Assembly: GCA_042570545.1 (NCBI GenBank) | Contig: JBHPGJ010000002.1 | Span: 31,741 to 95,740, forward strand | Length of the DNA: 64,000 nt | Direction: 5' to 3' | DNA from: Patescibacteria group bacterium | GTDB taxonomy: Bacteria; Patescibacteriota; Patescibacteriia; JBHPGJ01 | Shown here: piece after piece, positions 38,135-50,388 of the stretch | Layout: every line of letters begins with the position of its first letter | Position numbering within the stretch: the first letter of the stretch is position 1 | The notes under the pieces: model-generated | Seen by the model: only the letters and a program-made list of their open reading frames with translations | Told to the model about the DNA's origin: nothing | Database searches by the model: none | Program-made: the position numbers and the translations under genes

Positions 38135-38650
38135 TTATTTTTTAGTCAAAATAAGAAAATATTTATGTCCTTGACGTCCCATGTCTTGTTCGACTTTTGC
38201 GATGTCAGACAAACTTTCGGAAAATTGGTTAAGCATTTGTTTACCGCGTTCACCGTGAGCCCGCTGTCGACCCATCAGTAGCATCTCAATTTTTACTTTA
38301 TGTCCTTGTTCGAGAAATTTTCTCGATCGACCGATTAACATATCCCGATCATGATCGCCGATATTAAAAGTTAATCTTATGCCTTTGACGTCGGTCTTTT
38401 TTTGTTTAGCCTTTTGCTTACGCTCTGTTTTTTCCTGATGGTAGATGTACGAACCGTAATCAACAATGCGGCACACTGGTGGCTGAGCTTGTGGTGCCAC
38501 CTCTACCAAATCAAATCCTCGCTCCTCCGCCAAACGACGGGCTTGGTCGAGTGATACGACCCCGATTCGTTCATTATTCTCATCGATCACGAATACTTCA
38601 CTGGCTCGTATCTGTTGGTTAACGCGATAACGTTTTGATTTACTTATAAT
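38135..38650 (-). CDS. infC: Translation initiation factor IF-3, non-AUG (ATT) start
   Basis: Frame extends upstream of the called GTG with the conserved RVNQQIRASEVFVID. An in-frame TAA lies three codons above ATT 38650 and there is no ATG/GTG/TTG in between (ATA 38647 is the alternative start). Confidence 0.9.
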   Translation of the reverse strand: MISKSKRYRVNQQIRASEVFVIDENNERIGVVSLDQARRLAEERGFDLVEVAPQAQPPVCRIVDYGSYIYHQEKTERKQKAKQKKTDVKGIRLTFNIGDHDRDMLIGRSRKFLEQGHKVKIEMLLMGRQRAHGERGKQMLNQFSESLSDIAKVEQDMGRQGHKYFLILTKK

Positions 38651-38672
38651 ATTATATTAATTAGTTAAGCCT

Positions 38673-39080
38673 TGGTGGAGATGAGGGGTAATACTCCCCT
38701 GTGTAGATGAGATTCCAAATAGTGTGTACACGCTTATTCACCGTTGGGTATGATTAGCTGAGGCTTAAACGATGACAAAAAACTTCAACTAATATCTTCT
38801 GGTGTCATCCGTTATTCACCGACAGAAGATAATCAGTGAATACTTACCTGATAATTGACACCCATGATAGTCTATCAGGTATTGACTATCTGGATGGTTG
38901 TTACGTTTTAGGCAACAACAGAAGCAAGCTTAGGAGCCGCAAAAGCGTTGGCTAATGTGGTCTTAAACTTACTGAATGTAGATTTGACACTTATCGTTTC
39001 CGGAAGGGATTTACAAGTCATCCGGAAGACTTGACGTGCACTGATTTGAAAAGATCATTCTATCGACTATAAACATCCCC
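38673..39080 (-). ncRNA. ssrA: tmRNA
   Basis: 5' GGGGATG pairs with 3' CATCTCC-ACCA including G3.U; pk1-like CAAGTC/GACTTG plus TTCCGGA pairing; tag frame 38988-38908 (VKSTFSKFKTTLANAFAAPKLASVVA*); adjacent to smpB. Confidence 0.9.
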
Positions 39081-39117
39081 AGGTATTATCGATTATATCG
39101 GTAATATCTGCAGCCGT

Positions 39118-39594
39118 CTATGTTTTTTGTCTAAGTACCCTTCTGATTTTGCGATCAGTGTCTCGTTTCTTTATTTCTTCTCGGCGATCCCGTTTTTTCT
39201 TACCGGTCACTAAAGCGACCTCGATTTTTACGAGACCGCCCTTAGTATAAACAGTTATTGGTATCATTGTCAAGCCAGGGGTTTTGGTCTTACCGATAAG
39301 AGTTTTTATCTCAGATTTGTTTAATAATAGGCGACGATCACGATCAGCTTGGTAATCAACTTGCCTGCCCTTGGCAAAGCGATAGGGGGCAATACGGGAC
39401 TGTTTGAGCCAGGCTTGTTCATTATCTATGCTAATATAAGCACCCTTGAGATCAATATCTCCTAATTTAGCGCTTTTTACCTCAGCCCCAGTTAAAGCAA
39501 TACCGGCCTCATATATTTCGAGGATTTTGAATTGGGCTTTGGCTTTTCTATTGTTAGCTAATTGTGGCACGACATAAGTATACTTTTGTTTCAC
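39118..39594 (-). CDS. smpB: SsrA-binding protein
   Basis: NRKA, EAGIALTGAEVKS, RRLLLNKSEI, GKKKRDRRE. Confidence 0.96.
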   Translation of the reverse strand: MKQKYTYVVPQLANNRKAKAQFKILEIYEAGIALTGAEVKSAKLGDIDLKGAYISIDNEQAWLKQSRIAPYRFAKGRQVDYQADRDRRLLLNKSEIKTLIGKTKTPGLTMIPITVYTKGGLVKIEVALVTGKKKRDRREEIKKRDTDRKIRRVLRQKT

Positions 39595-39648
39595 AATTTC
39601 ATAAAGACTTTTTCTTTTACCATTTTTTTCGTATACTAAAAACTCAAT

Positions 39649-41292
39649 ATGACACTAAAAAGTAGATTAAAATCAATTCTTGATAAGCGGTTGAAAGATG
39701 TTTATGGTGCCGAACAGGCTGAGCATCTGCCGCAGTACATCATTGAGCGTCCTCGTGAACTAAGATACGGCGAGTATTCGACTAATGTAGCCATGCAGCT
39801 AGCGCCGATTGTGAAAGAAGATCCAATGATAATTGCTCAGTCTCTTATTAACCAGACCAGATGGCCGGCAGCTGTTGGTAAGGTTTTGGTAGTGGCGCCG
39901 GGTTTCATAAACTTTTATTTAGGCGATGAGTGGCTCAGAAGACAGTTGCCGTCTATCGTTGAAACTAGATTTGGTCAGTCTGATATTGGTCGTAAGCGAA
40001 GAGTGTTAATTGAATTTATCTCAGCTAATCCGACTGGACCCCTGCATCTTGGTAATGGACGAGGAGCCTTCTTGGGTGACGTTTTAGCCAATGTCATGAG
40101 CTTGGCTTCATATAATGTAAAGAGAGAATATTATATAAATGATATTGGTAAGCAAGTACAAGTATTGGCCGAATCTGTCACGCGACGTTTTTTTCAGTCT
40201 CATGGAGTAGCAGTTCCTTATCCTGAGCACTGCTATCAGGGAGCATATATTTATGATCTAGCTAAACGTCTGGACAGCAGACTTAATAGTTATAAGCTTC
40301 AGGATATTCAAAAAGTGAGAGATAGAATAACCAGCCGGGTGCTTAAACTGATGTTAGATGATCTTAAGATATTTGTTGAAAAAGATTTACGAATTAAATT
40401 TGACCGCTGGTTTAGCGAATCCAGCCTGCATAAAAGCCCTACCGTCAAACGAATGCTTAATCATCTGCATAAACAGGATCTTCTTTATATTAAAGATGAT
40501 GCTTTATGGATGAAGACTTCTGGTTTTGGCGATGACAAAGACCGAGTTTTGGTTAAATCAGACGGCAATCAAACGTACTTTTTATCAGATATAGCTTATC
40601 ACTGGAATAAATTGGGTATGAGAAAATACGATATGGTCATTGATATACTTGGTGCTGATCATCATGGTTACATTGATCGCCTGCAAGCTGCGGTAGCAGC
40701 CATGGGCTATGCCGGGCAACTAGAAATAATTATTGTCCAATTAGTAAGATTGATTGAGAATAATAAAGAAATAAAGATGTCTAAGCGGGGCGGCACCTAT
40801 GTTACTCTGGAGGAGCTGATTGATCAGGTGGGCGTCGATGCCGTACGCTTTTTCTTTTTGATGCATAGCGCTGGCCGGCATATGGAATTTGACTTAAACT
40901 TAGCTAAAAAGAAATCAGATGAAAACCCGGTTTACTACGTACAGTATGCTCATGCTCGGATACGCAGTATAATAAAACAGGCCTCACCACTTTTAAAAGA
41001 CAAGAAAAAGCATAACAGTTCTAAGCTGACAGCCAAACAAAGTTTCCGCTTGATTAAAAAATTGCTCGAATATCCCGAGATTGTTGAAGAAGTTGCCCAA
41101 AATTACGAAACTCAACGTTTGCCTTTTTACGCCATTGATTTAGCTGAAAGCTTTCATGAATTTTACCAGAATGTCAGAGTAATAGATGGTGATGAATTAT
41201 TCATAAAAAGATTTGAACTTATTAAGGCCACTGGTAAAGTACTAAAAGACACTCTAAGTCTTATGGGCATCAGTGCACCAACTAAAATGTAA
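39649..41292 (+). CDS. argS: Arginine--tRNA ligase
   Basis: EFISANPTGPLHLGNGRGA, GADHHGY, KMSKR, YYVQYAHARI. Confidence 0.97.
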   Translation: MTLKSRLKSILDKRLKDVYGAEQAEHLPQYIIERPRELRYGEYSTNVAMQLAPIVKEDPMIIAQSLINQTRWPAAVGKVLVVAPGFINFYLGDEWLRRQLPSIVETRFGQSDIGRKRRVLIEFISANPTGPLHLGNGRGAFLGDVLANVMSLASYNVKREYYINDIGKQVQVLAESVTRRFFQSHGVAVPYPEHCYQGAYIYDLAKRLDSRLNSYKLQDIQKVRDRITSRVLKLMLDDLKIFVEKDLRIKFDRWFSESSLHKSPTVKRMLNHLHKQDLLYIKDDALWMKTSGFGDDKDRVLVKSDGNQTYFLSDIAYHWNKLGMRKYDMVIDILGADHHGYIDRLQAAVAAMGYAGQLEIIIVQLVRLIENNKEIKMSKRGGTYVTLEELIDQVGVDAVRFFFLMHSAGRHMEFDLNLAKKKSDENPVYYVQYAHARIRSIIKQASPLLKDKKKHNSSKLTAKQSFRLIKKLLEYPEIVEEVAQNYETQRLPFYAIDLAESFHEFYQNVRVIDGDELFIKRFELIKATGKVLKDTLSLMGISAPTKM

Positions 41293-41296
41293 GAAA

Positions 41297-42445
41297 ATGC
41301 GTATTGGTATAGATTGCCGCACAATATTAAATCCAGAACTTGGCGAAAAGGCCGGGGTAGGGCACTATACCTATTACTTGGTAAAAAATTTATTAAAAAT
41401 TGACCACCGCAATGAATATGTCTTGTTTTTTACTAGTCGCTTAAATCCCTTTAGCGAGTTTGAGCAGGCCAATGTGACGATGAAAGAATTTCCATTTGGT
41501 CGTTATAAAAAATTCTTACCTTTCAGCTATTCACATATGCTGATTGCCGCTTTAGTTAAACAGGCTAAACTTGATTTATTTCACTCGCCGGCAAATATAT
41601 TACCCCTGAGCTTGACCGGTAAGGCAGTAATTACCATTCATGATTTGGCGATTTATAAAAACCCTGATTGGTTTCCCAGTCAGGTTTTTTCTACCAAATT
41701 GCTGGTACCGCAATCAGTTAAGAAGGCTAAAAAAATAATAGCTGTTTCCCAAAGTACAGCTAATGATCTACGAGAGATTTTTAATGTACCAGCTAAAAAG
41801 ATCCATGTTATTCATGAGGGCGTGGCCATTGATTACCTAAAATTAAAAGATCGTCAGGTTGATATTAAAAAGAAGTTTAAATTACCCAAGCATTATTTAT
41901 TGTTTGTCGGCACTTTAGAACCCAGGAAAAATTTAATGATGTTAGTAAAAGTGTTTGCCGAAATACGTAAAGTGATTGATACAAAATTCAGCGATATCGA
42001 ATTAATATTGGCCGGTGCACCAGGCTTTCAAGCCGATGAATTATTCCGCCTGATTGAAGATTTGAAAATAAAAAAATATGTTCGCCATATAGGATATATA
42101 ACTCAAAATGAGAAATTCAAGTTAATGAAACAAGCCTGGGCCTTTGTCTTCCCGTCTTTGTATGAAGGTTTCGGCCTGCCCGTACTAGAGGCAATGAAGC
42201 TGGGTACGCCAGTATTGACCAGTCGGGCTTCCTCATTGCCAGAAGTAACCGGTACCAGCGCTCTAACGATAAATCCAAATGACGAACAAGCCATGTTCAA
42301 GGCGTTGGTAAAAATCATTCAGAATACTTCATTGAGATCCCGTTTGAAGATAACCGGCCGTCATCGTGCCGATCAATTTACTTGGGAAAAAACAGCTAAA
42401 AAAACTTTAAAGATATATAACACCGTTGTCGGTACTAACCGGTAG
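41297..42445 (+). CDS. Glycosyltransferase family 4
   Basis: Start MRIGIDCR at 41297; TIHDL, VGTLEPRKN, FPSLYEGFGLPVLEAM. Confidence 0.92.
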   Translation: MRIGIDCRTILNPELGEKAGVGHYTYYLVKNLLKIDHRNEYVLFFTSRLNPFSEFEQANVTMKEFPFGRYKKFLPFSYSHMLIAALVKQAKLDLFHSPANILPLSLTGKAVITIHDLAIYKNPDWFPSQVFSTKLLVPQSVKKAKKIIAVSQSTANDLREIFNVPAKKIHVIHEGVAIDYLKLKDRQVDIKKKFKLPKHYLLFVGTLEPRKNLMMLVKVFAEIRKVIDTKFSDIELILAGAPGFQADELFRLIEDLKIKKYVRHIGYITQNEKFKLMKQAWAFVFPSLYEGFGLPVLEAMKLGTPVLTSRASSLPEVTGTSALTINPNDEQAMFKALVKIIQNTSLRSRLKITGRHRADQFTWEKTAKKTLKIYNTVVGTNR

Positions 42446-42533
42446 AGGTATAAAACTGAAAAGCCGCTGATAATACTTGTCAAACTTAATGATTTTACTT
42501 AAAATTACCGTGCTCAATTGAGCGCTTTTTAAT

Positions 42534-45422
42534 ATGAGTCATAAAAAAATTAATAATAACAAGCCAAATTTCCCCAAACTAGAAGAAGACATTCTAAAGT
42601 TTTGGAGAGATAAGAAAATATTTTCAAAAAGTTTAAAAAAAACTGCCTCCGGTAAGCGGTTTGTTTTTTTTGAAGGACCACCTACGGCTAATGGCCGACC
42701 AGGAATCCATCACATAGAAGCCCGAGCATTCAAAGATTTGATTCCGCGTTTCAAAACCATGCAAGGATATTTTGTCGAACGCAAAGCCGGCTGGGATACT
42801 CAAGGCCTACCAGTCGAGCTGGAAGTGGAAAAGCAAATTGGTGTCTCGGGTAAGTTGGATATTGAGAAATATGGCGTAGACAAGTTTAATAAAAAATGCC
42901 GAGACAGTGTCTGGAAGTATAAAGATGAGTGGGAGAAAATGACAGAAAGAATTGGCTTTTGGATTGATTTAGAAGACCCATACATTACTTATACTAATGA
43001 ATATATTGAAACACTATGGTGGATACTAAAACAAGTATGGGACAAGAAGCTACTTGAGCAGGGGTATAAAGTGGTGCCTTACTGTCCACGCTGTGGTACC
43101 TCATTGTCATCACACGAAGTAGCTCAAGGATATGAGGACGTGACCGAAGACTCGGTCTATATAAAATTTAAGCTGGTAGATCAACCGGATACATTCATAT
43201 TAGCCTGGACAACAACCCCTTGGACCTTGCCGGGTAATGTTGCTTTAGCAGTCAATCAGAAAATCAAATATCTTAAAGTCAAACAGGATAATGAGTATTA
43301 TATTTTAGCTGAAGACTTGGTGGATCTTCTAGAGGGGGACTATAAAAAAGTAGCTGAAGTTAAAGCTAAGGATCTGATAGGTCAGCGCTATGAGCCGCTT
43401 TTTCCTTTTGTTGATTTGGAAAAAGAGACTGGTCAGAAGGCCTACTATATCACACCAGCTGACTTTGTAACTACCGAGGAAGGTACGGGTGTCGTTCATA
43501 CAGCTGTAATGTATGGCGAAGATGATTTTAATTTAGGCCGGAAAATTAAATTGCCAGAGTTTCATACGGTAGATGACAAAGGCCAGTTTAAACCTATCGT
43601 AAAACCATGGGCTGGTAAATTTGTAAAAGAAGTTGAATCGGAAATTGTTGACTGGCTGAAGGCGAACAATAAATTATACAAAGTTCAACCAAATACTCAT
43701 GCCTATCCATTTTGTTGGCGTTGTCATACTCCATTGCTATATTATGCCAAGACCACCTGGTTCATCCGGATGACGGCCCTCCGGGATAAGTTGATAAAAA
43801 ACAATAAAAATATTAATTGGGTTCCTGCTCATTTGAAAGAGGGACGTTTTGGCGAGTGGTTAAATGAAGTAAAAGATTGGGCGGTCGGGCGCGAACGGTA
43901 CTGGGGGACGCCCATTCCAGTATGGGAATGTAGAAAATGCCAGCGTCAAGAATGCCTGGGCAGTTATGAAGAACTAAAATCTAAGGCCAAAGAACCAGAG
44001 CTGATCAAAGATGATTTTGATCCCCACCGGCCTTATATTGATAATATTCATCTTAAATGTGATTGCGGCGGCCAAATGCAGCGAGTGCCAGAAGTAATGG
44101 ATACCTGGTTTGATTCTGGCTCTATGCCATTTGCACAATGGCATTATCCGTTTGAAAACAAAGATCGGATTGACGAGGGCATCAGCTATCCGGCCGATTT
44201 TATCGCTGAAGCAATCGATCAAACCCGTGGCTGGTTTTATACCCTGCTAGCAATATCCACTTTGCTAGATAAAGGTGAACCATTTAAAAATGTTATTTCT
44301 ATGGGCCATGTACTTGATGCCAAGGGACAAAAAATGTCCAAACATTTAGGAAATGTGATCGCCCCCAATGAAGTTATTGATAAATATGGTGCTGATTCTG
44401 TCCGCTGGTTTTTATATGCTGTCAATCAGCCGGGTGATAGTAAGAATTTTGATGCCCGAGCGCTTGAAGATATGGTTAAAAAACATTTTATGATTTTATG
44501 GAACGTGCTGTTGTTCTATAAACTATTTGCTGGCGATAAGCCAAAAGAATCAGACAGCCAGCATGTGCTTGATCGCTGGATTTTATCACTGAGCAATAAG
44601 CTAATTAAAGACGTAACTGACAGCTTAGAAAAATTCCAAATAACCAATGCCGCCAGAGCTATCAGCGCCTTTATAACCGATTTATCTACCTGGTATGTCC
44701 GCCGAAGTCGGGATCGCTTTAAAGGAGATGATAAAGAAGACATGAATGATGCTTTGACTACCTTGAGACAAGTTTTATTAACTATGGCAAAAGTATCGGC
44801 ACCCTTCACGCCGTTTATTTCAGAACATATTTATCAAGAAATTAATGGCGATCAGGAATCAGTTCATCTTGATAGCTGGCCGGCAGTTGGCAAAATTGAC
44901 GAAGAACTACTTTCTGGTATGGGACAAGTCAGAAAAATAGTTGAATTAGGCCATAGTTTGAGAGCTGAATCAGAAATAAAAGTAAGACAACCTTTGCCCC
45001 AAGTGGCCTTCACCGGAGTTCAGATTACCAAAGAACTAACCGAACAAATAGCTAAAGAGCTCAATGTTACCGAAGTTCATAGTACCCAAACTATACCAGC
45101 CGGATCTGATTGGACAACCAGATCCGAAGGCTCTTTGACGGTTGGGCTCGATACTACCATAACTGATGAATTAAAGGAGCTGGGATACATTCGGGAAATA
45201 AGCCGCTACGTGAATGCCCTACGCAAACAGGCCGGCCTAACGCCCAGCGACAGCATTACCCTGATGTACGAAACCGATGATGAGTCGAGTAAAAGGTTAT
45301 TTACTCACTACCAAGCAATATTATTAAAAGAAACACGGGCCAATAAGATTGTTGCCGGCCGCGGCAAGCAGGTCAAAGAAATCTTTCTCGACGAAAAAAA
45401 AGTAGTACTTTCATTTAAATAA
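42534..45422 (+). CDS. ileS: Isoleucine--tRNA ligase, type 2, GIHH motif
   Basis: EGPPTANGRPGIHH, WTTTPWTLPGN, RERYWGTPIP, DQTRGWFY, KMSKH; IleRS2-type C-terminus (IKVRQPL). Confidence 0.96.
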   Translation: MSHKKINNNKPNFPKLEEDILKFWRDKKIFSKSLKKTASGKRFVFFEGPPTANGRPGIHHIEARAFKDLIPRFKTMQGYFVERKAGWDTQGLPVELEVEKQIGVSGKLDIEKYGVDKFNKKCRDSVWKYKDEWEKMTERIGFWIDLEDPYITYTNEYIETLWWILKQVWDKKLLEQGYKVVPYCPRCGTSLSSHEVAQGYEDVTEDSVYIKFKLVDQPDTFILAWTTTPWTLPGNVALAVNQKIKYLKVKQDNEYYILAEDLVDLLEGDYKKVAEVKAKDLIGQRYEPLFPFVDLEKETGQKAYYITPADFVTTEEGTGVVHTAVMYGEDDFNLGRKIKLPEFHTVDDKGQFKPIVKPWAGKFVKEVESEIVDWLKANNKLYKVQPNTHAYPFCWRCHTPLLYYAKTTWFIRMTALRDKLIKNNKNINWVPAHLKEGRFGEWLNEVKDWAVGRERYWGTPIPVWECRKCQRQECLGSYEELKSKAKEPELIKDDFDPHRPYIDNIHLKCDCGGQMQRVPEVMDTWFDSGSMPFAQWHYPFENKDRIDEGISYPADFIAEAIDQTRGWFYTLLAISTLLDKGEPFKNVISMGHVLDAKGQKMSKHLGNVIAPNEVIDKYGADSVRWFLYAVNQPGDSKNFDARALEDMVKKHFMILWNVLLFYKLFAGDKPKESDSQHVLDRWILSLSNKLIKDVTDSLEKFQITNAARAISAFITDLSTWYVRRSRDRFKGDDKEDMNDALTTLRQVLLTMAKVSAPFTPFISEHIYQEINGDQESVHLDSWPAVGKIDEELLSGMGQVRKIVELGHSLRAESEIKVRQPLPQVAFTGVQITKELTEQIAKELNVTEVHSTQTIPAGSDWTTRSEGSLTVGLDTTITDELKELGYIREISRYVNALRKQAGLTPSDSITLMYETDDESSKRLFTHYQAILLKETRANKIVAGRGKQVKEIFLDEKKVVLSFK

Positions 45423-45424
45423 AG

Positions 45425-46177
45425 ATGTCCAGTTATCGCCGCAGTATAGCTCTTACCTTGCGTCGCGAAAATATTGGCGAATATGACCGCCGATATACTT
45501 TTTATACTAAGCGTTATGGTAAGGTAGTGGCTATCGGCCGGGGAACTCATAAGATATTAAGTAAATTAGCTGGTACTCTAGAACCCTATCGAGTGATTGA
45601 GATTAATCTAGCTAGTGGAAAAACAAATAATACGATAATTGCCGCTGAGACCATAAATGGCCGTAATGGTCTGTGGTCAGGTGAGACAACGCTGGTCCAG
45701 GCGGCCTTTATCAGTGAAATTGTTGATACTTTAATACAGCCGGAGCAAGCTGATAAAAATGTATGGCAACTGATAACGCAAGTTTATGGTGAGCTATATA
45801 AACCTTCGATGGTATCAAATATTTTAGGATCATTTTTCATAGTCCGATTATTGACCATCCTAGGGTTTGGTCCAGAATTACATAATTGCATTAATTGCCA
45901 CCAGCGCTTGAAATCTGAACCGGCAACCATGGTTATTTCTCGTGGATTGGCTTGTCAGCAATGTAAAATCAGAGGGATTAGAATCACAACTAACGTTATA
46001 AAAATAATTCGATTAATGCAGCGGGGTAACTGGCCCTTGGTTAAAAAGCTCTCAGCCAGCAATGAAGACATTACTCTGTTATCGTCAGTGACGTATAAAT
46101 TGTTAGGTCAACACTTAGCAAAACCACCAGCCACATTGAAATTACTTAATTATCTGGCGCGTAGAGTTAATGGTTAA
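45425..46177 (+). CDS. recO: DNA repair protein RecO
   Basis: GEYDRRYTFYTKRYGKV..GRG..K..SKLAGTLEP; GFGPELHNCINC...CQQC. Confidence 0.88.
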   Translation: MSSYRRSIALTLRRENIGEYDRRYTFYTKRYGKVVAIGRGTHKILSKLAGTLEPYRVIEINLASGKTNNTIIAAETINGRNGLWSGETTLVQAAFISEIVDTLIQPEQADKNVWQLITQVYGELYKPSMVSNILGSFFIVRLLTILGFGPELHNCINCHQRLKSEPATMVISRGLACQQCKIRGIRITTNVIKIIRLMQRGNWPLVKKLSASNEDITLLSSVTYKLLGQHLAKPPATLKLLNYLARRVNG

Positions 46178-46198
46178 TAATTGCTATAATATAGGCAT

Positions 46199-48097
46199 AT
46201 GGCCAGAAAAATAAGTAAAAAAGTTAGAAAAGTCATCGTCACTCAAGATAAGTCAGATTCTATTGCCCCGCCGACTGATAAAGCTCAAGCTGAGCAATTT
46301 TATAGTCAACAAAAATCAAAAAATAAATCTCAATTTGAACGTGCTAAAAAAAGAAAATGGTCGGCCAAATGGATAATCATATCTATTGTGGCCTTAGTCT
46401 TTATAGTATCGCTGCTGGGATTTTTTGTCTTTCAATGGGGAGCCAATCAATTTACTGGTGATTTGGTTAATATCAGTTTTGAAGGCTCACAGAATGTTTC
46501 CTCTGGTGATACGGTTACCATAAAAATTAATTACCAAAACAACGAATCAGTACCCCTGGGTAACGCCAGCTTGGTGATGCAATTTCCCACTGGCTTTACC
46601 GTGCGTCAAACGTCAATGGAGCCAGTCAATCAGGCGGGTAATAGTTGGGATATTGGGAATTTGTCTAGCGGTAAGAGTGGCTCGCTTACCATCACTGGTC
46701 AATTGGTGGGCGAAATTGATTCAACCCACACCTTCAATGCCAAGCTTGTTTATAAACCGGCAAATTTTAATGCCACTTTTGAAACTGATGATGATTTTGT
46801 GGTTACTATTACTACTTCAATAATTAATTTGGAACTTGATGGTCCGACAAAAATTGCTCCCGATATTGAAGCTAAATATAAACTTACTTATATAAGCACC
46901 AGCGAAAGTGTGTTAGAAAATATTAGAATATCACCCCAGCTGCCGACAGCATTTGAATTAATATCTAGCAGTCCTGAGTTGAATGAAGAAAAAAGCTGGA
47001 CGGTGGAAAGATTAACAAAGAGCGAAAGCGGGTCTTTTGAAATCACTGGCAAGTTTACCGGTGATATTGGCGACACGGTAGAATTAGTTTTTGATGTAAG
47101 CATAATTGATGATGAGGGATTTGCTCAGAAACAATTGACATACACTCAGCTTATCTTGTTGGTTGGCGGTGACTTGTCATTGAGTTTTAAAGTCAATGAT
47201 TCGGATGTCAATAATGTAGTTGAGCACGGCGATGACCTGACCTATCAATTAATATATGCTAATAATACAGAATTCGTGTTAGAAAATGTTAGCTTTTCGG
47301 TTGAATTTGATGAGGCAATATTGGCTTGGGATGAGTTGATTGATTCAAACGGTGGTAATTTAGACGGTAAAAAAATAAATTGGAATAAGGACAACATATC
47401 GGCCTTAACCGATCTTAAACCGGGGGCCGAGGGGACGATAGAGTTTACTATACCCATAAGAACTAACCTAACTATTGATACCGAAAAAGACATAAACTTT
47501 TCTGTTGTCAGTATGGCCAGCGGCAATGTTGGTGGTGTTAAAGACGGAGCCGGTCTGACAATATCTGTGCCCACCAGTACAATTGAAAGTAAGATTGCTT
47601 CAAATTTTAATCTATCAGCTGAAGCAAGGTATTATACCGAGGAAAAAGAAAAATTGGGTGCTGGTCCAATACCACCACAAGCCGGTAAAAAAACAACTTA
47701 TCGCATAATATGGTTGATCAGCAATAATAGTAATGACGTCAGGGATGTATCGGTATCAGCCGAGCTGCCAAGTGATGTAAAATGGGCGGGCGAAAAGGAA
47801 CTAAGTGCCGGTAATCTAACTTATAATGAGTCAAAACGAACAGTTACTTGGACTATAAACGAAGCTCCAGCCGGTAGTGGTTATTACCTATCTTCTTTGT
47901 CAGCCAGCTTTGAAGTATCAATAACACCGACCACCAAAGATGTAGGCGACATAATGCTACTGACAGATGTAATAACTGCTGAGGGAACTGATGTCTATAC
48001 TCAAACGACCAGAAAATCGACCGTATCAAAATTAACAACAGAATTAACAACTGATACTTTTGGCCAGGGTAAAGGCGTAGTCGTTGATGGATCATAA
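46199..48097 (+). CDS. Membrane-anchored multi-Ig (DUF11-like) hypothetical protein
   Basis: Basic N-terminus, one TM, repeated beta-sandwich motifs (YQNNE..L.NASL, W.I..L..G.SG.L.ITG). Confidence 0.65.
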   Translation: MARKISKKVRKVIVTQDKSDSIAPPTDKAQAEQFYSQQKSKNKSQFERAKKRKWSAKWIIISIVALVFIVSLLGFFVFQWGANQFTGDLVNISFEGSQNVSSGDTVTIKINYQNNESVPLGNASLVMQFPTGFTVRQTSMEPVNQAGNSWDIGNLSSGKSGSLTITGQLVGEIDSTHTFNAKLVYKPANFNATFETDDDFVVTITTSIINLELDGPTKIAPDIEAKYKLTYISTSESVLENIRISPQLPTAFELISSSPELNEEKSWTVERLTKSESGSFEITGKFTGDIGDTVELVFDVSIIDDEGFAQKQLTYTQLILLVGGDLSLSFKVNDSDVNNVVEHGDDLTYQLIYANNTEFVLENVSFSVEFDEAILAWDELIDSNGGNLDGKKINWNKDNISALTDLKPGAEGTIEFTIPIRTNLTIDTEKDINFSVVSMASGNVGGVKDGAGLTISVPTSTIESKIASNFNLSAEARYYTEEKEKLGAGPIPPQAGKKTTYRIIWLISNNSNDVRDVSVSAELPSDVKWAGEKELSAGNLTYNESKRTVTWTINEAPAGSGYYLSSLSASFEVSITPTTKDVGDIMLLTDVITAEGTDVYTQTTRKSTVSKLTTELTTDTFGQGKGVVVDGS

Positions 48098-48100
48098 AAA

Positions 48101-50012
<1,912 letters not shown>

Positions 50013-50117
50013 GTTGACAGACCGATTATTACGTGAGAAATTGAGGGCAGTACACAACACTGAACTCTTTTTCTGAATTTACTGCCAGTTCGTTGGCAAC
50101 CTAAGGGGGAATCAAAA

Positions 50118-50306
50118 ATGAAGCACCTGAAAGATACCAACGACAAACCGGTCAAGGGACGGGAGATGATCGCCAATTGCGGACAGAAAGGGACTTACAT
50201 CGGTCCAATGACCGCCCACGGCGACGACAAGGACACCTGCAATGACTGCGTAGCTATTCATTGGCGTGAGCCGATGCACATGGAGGTGGTAGTCTTCGAG
50301 ACCTAG
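50118..50306 (+). CDS. Small putative zinc-binding protein (H, CG, CxxC; DUF3039-like spacing)
   Basis: SD AAGGGGGA, ATG, 62 aa with ANCG...TCNDC, downstream terminator. Confidence 0.6.
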   Translation: MKHLKDTNDKPVKGREMIANCGQKGTYIGPMTAHGDDKDTCNDCVAIHWREPMHMEVVVFET

Positions 50307-50328
50307 CCGGTCGATCTTTTTGGATTAT

Positions 50329-50363
50329 GGCCCGCTTGTTCAGGATCAAGCGGGTTTTATTTT
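50329..50363 (+). terminator. Intrinsic terminator
   Basis: GGCCCGCTTG-ttcaggat-CAAGCGGGTT followed by TTATTTT. Confidence 0.75.
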
Positions 50364-50388
50364 ATCTAAAATAATGTAAACTAAATTT

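Noticed and set aside
38760-38895. Inverted repeats (ACCTGATA/TATCAGGT, GATAGTC/GACTATC) as a separate element or tmRNA intron
   Set aside because: They are explained by tmRNA pseudoknots; a 408 nt total length leaves no room for a group I intron.
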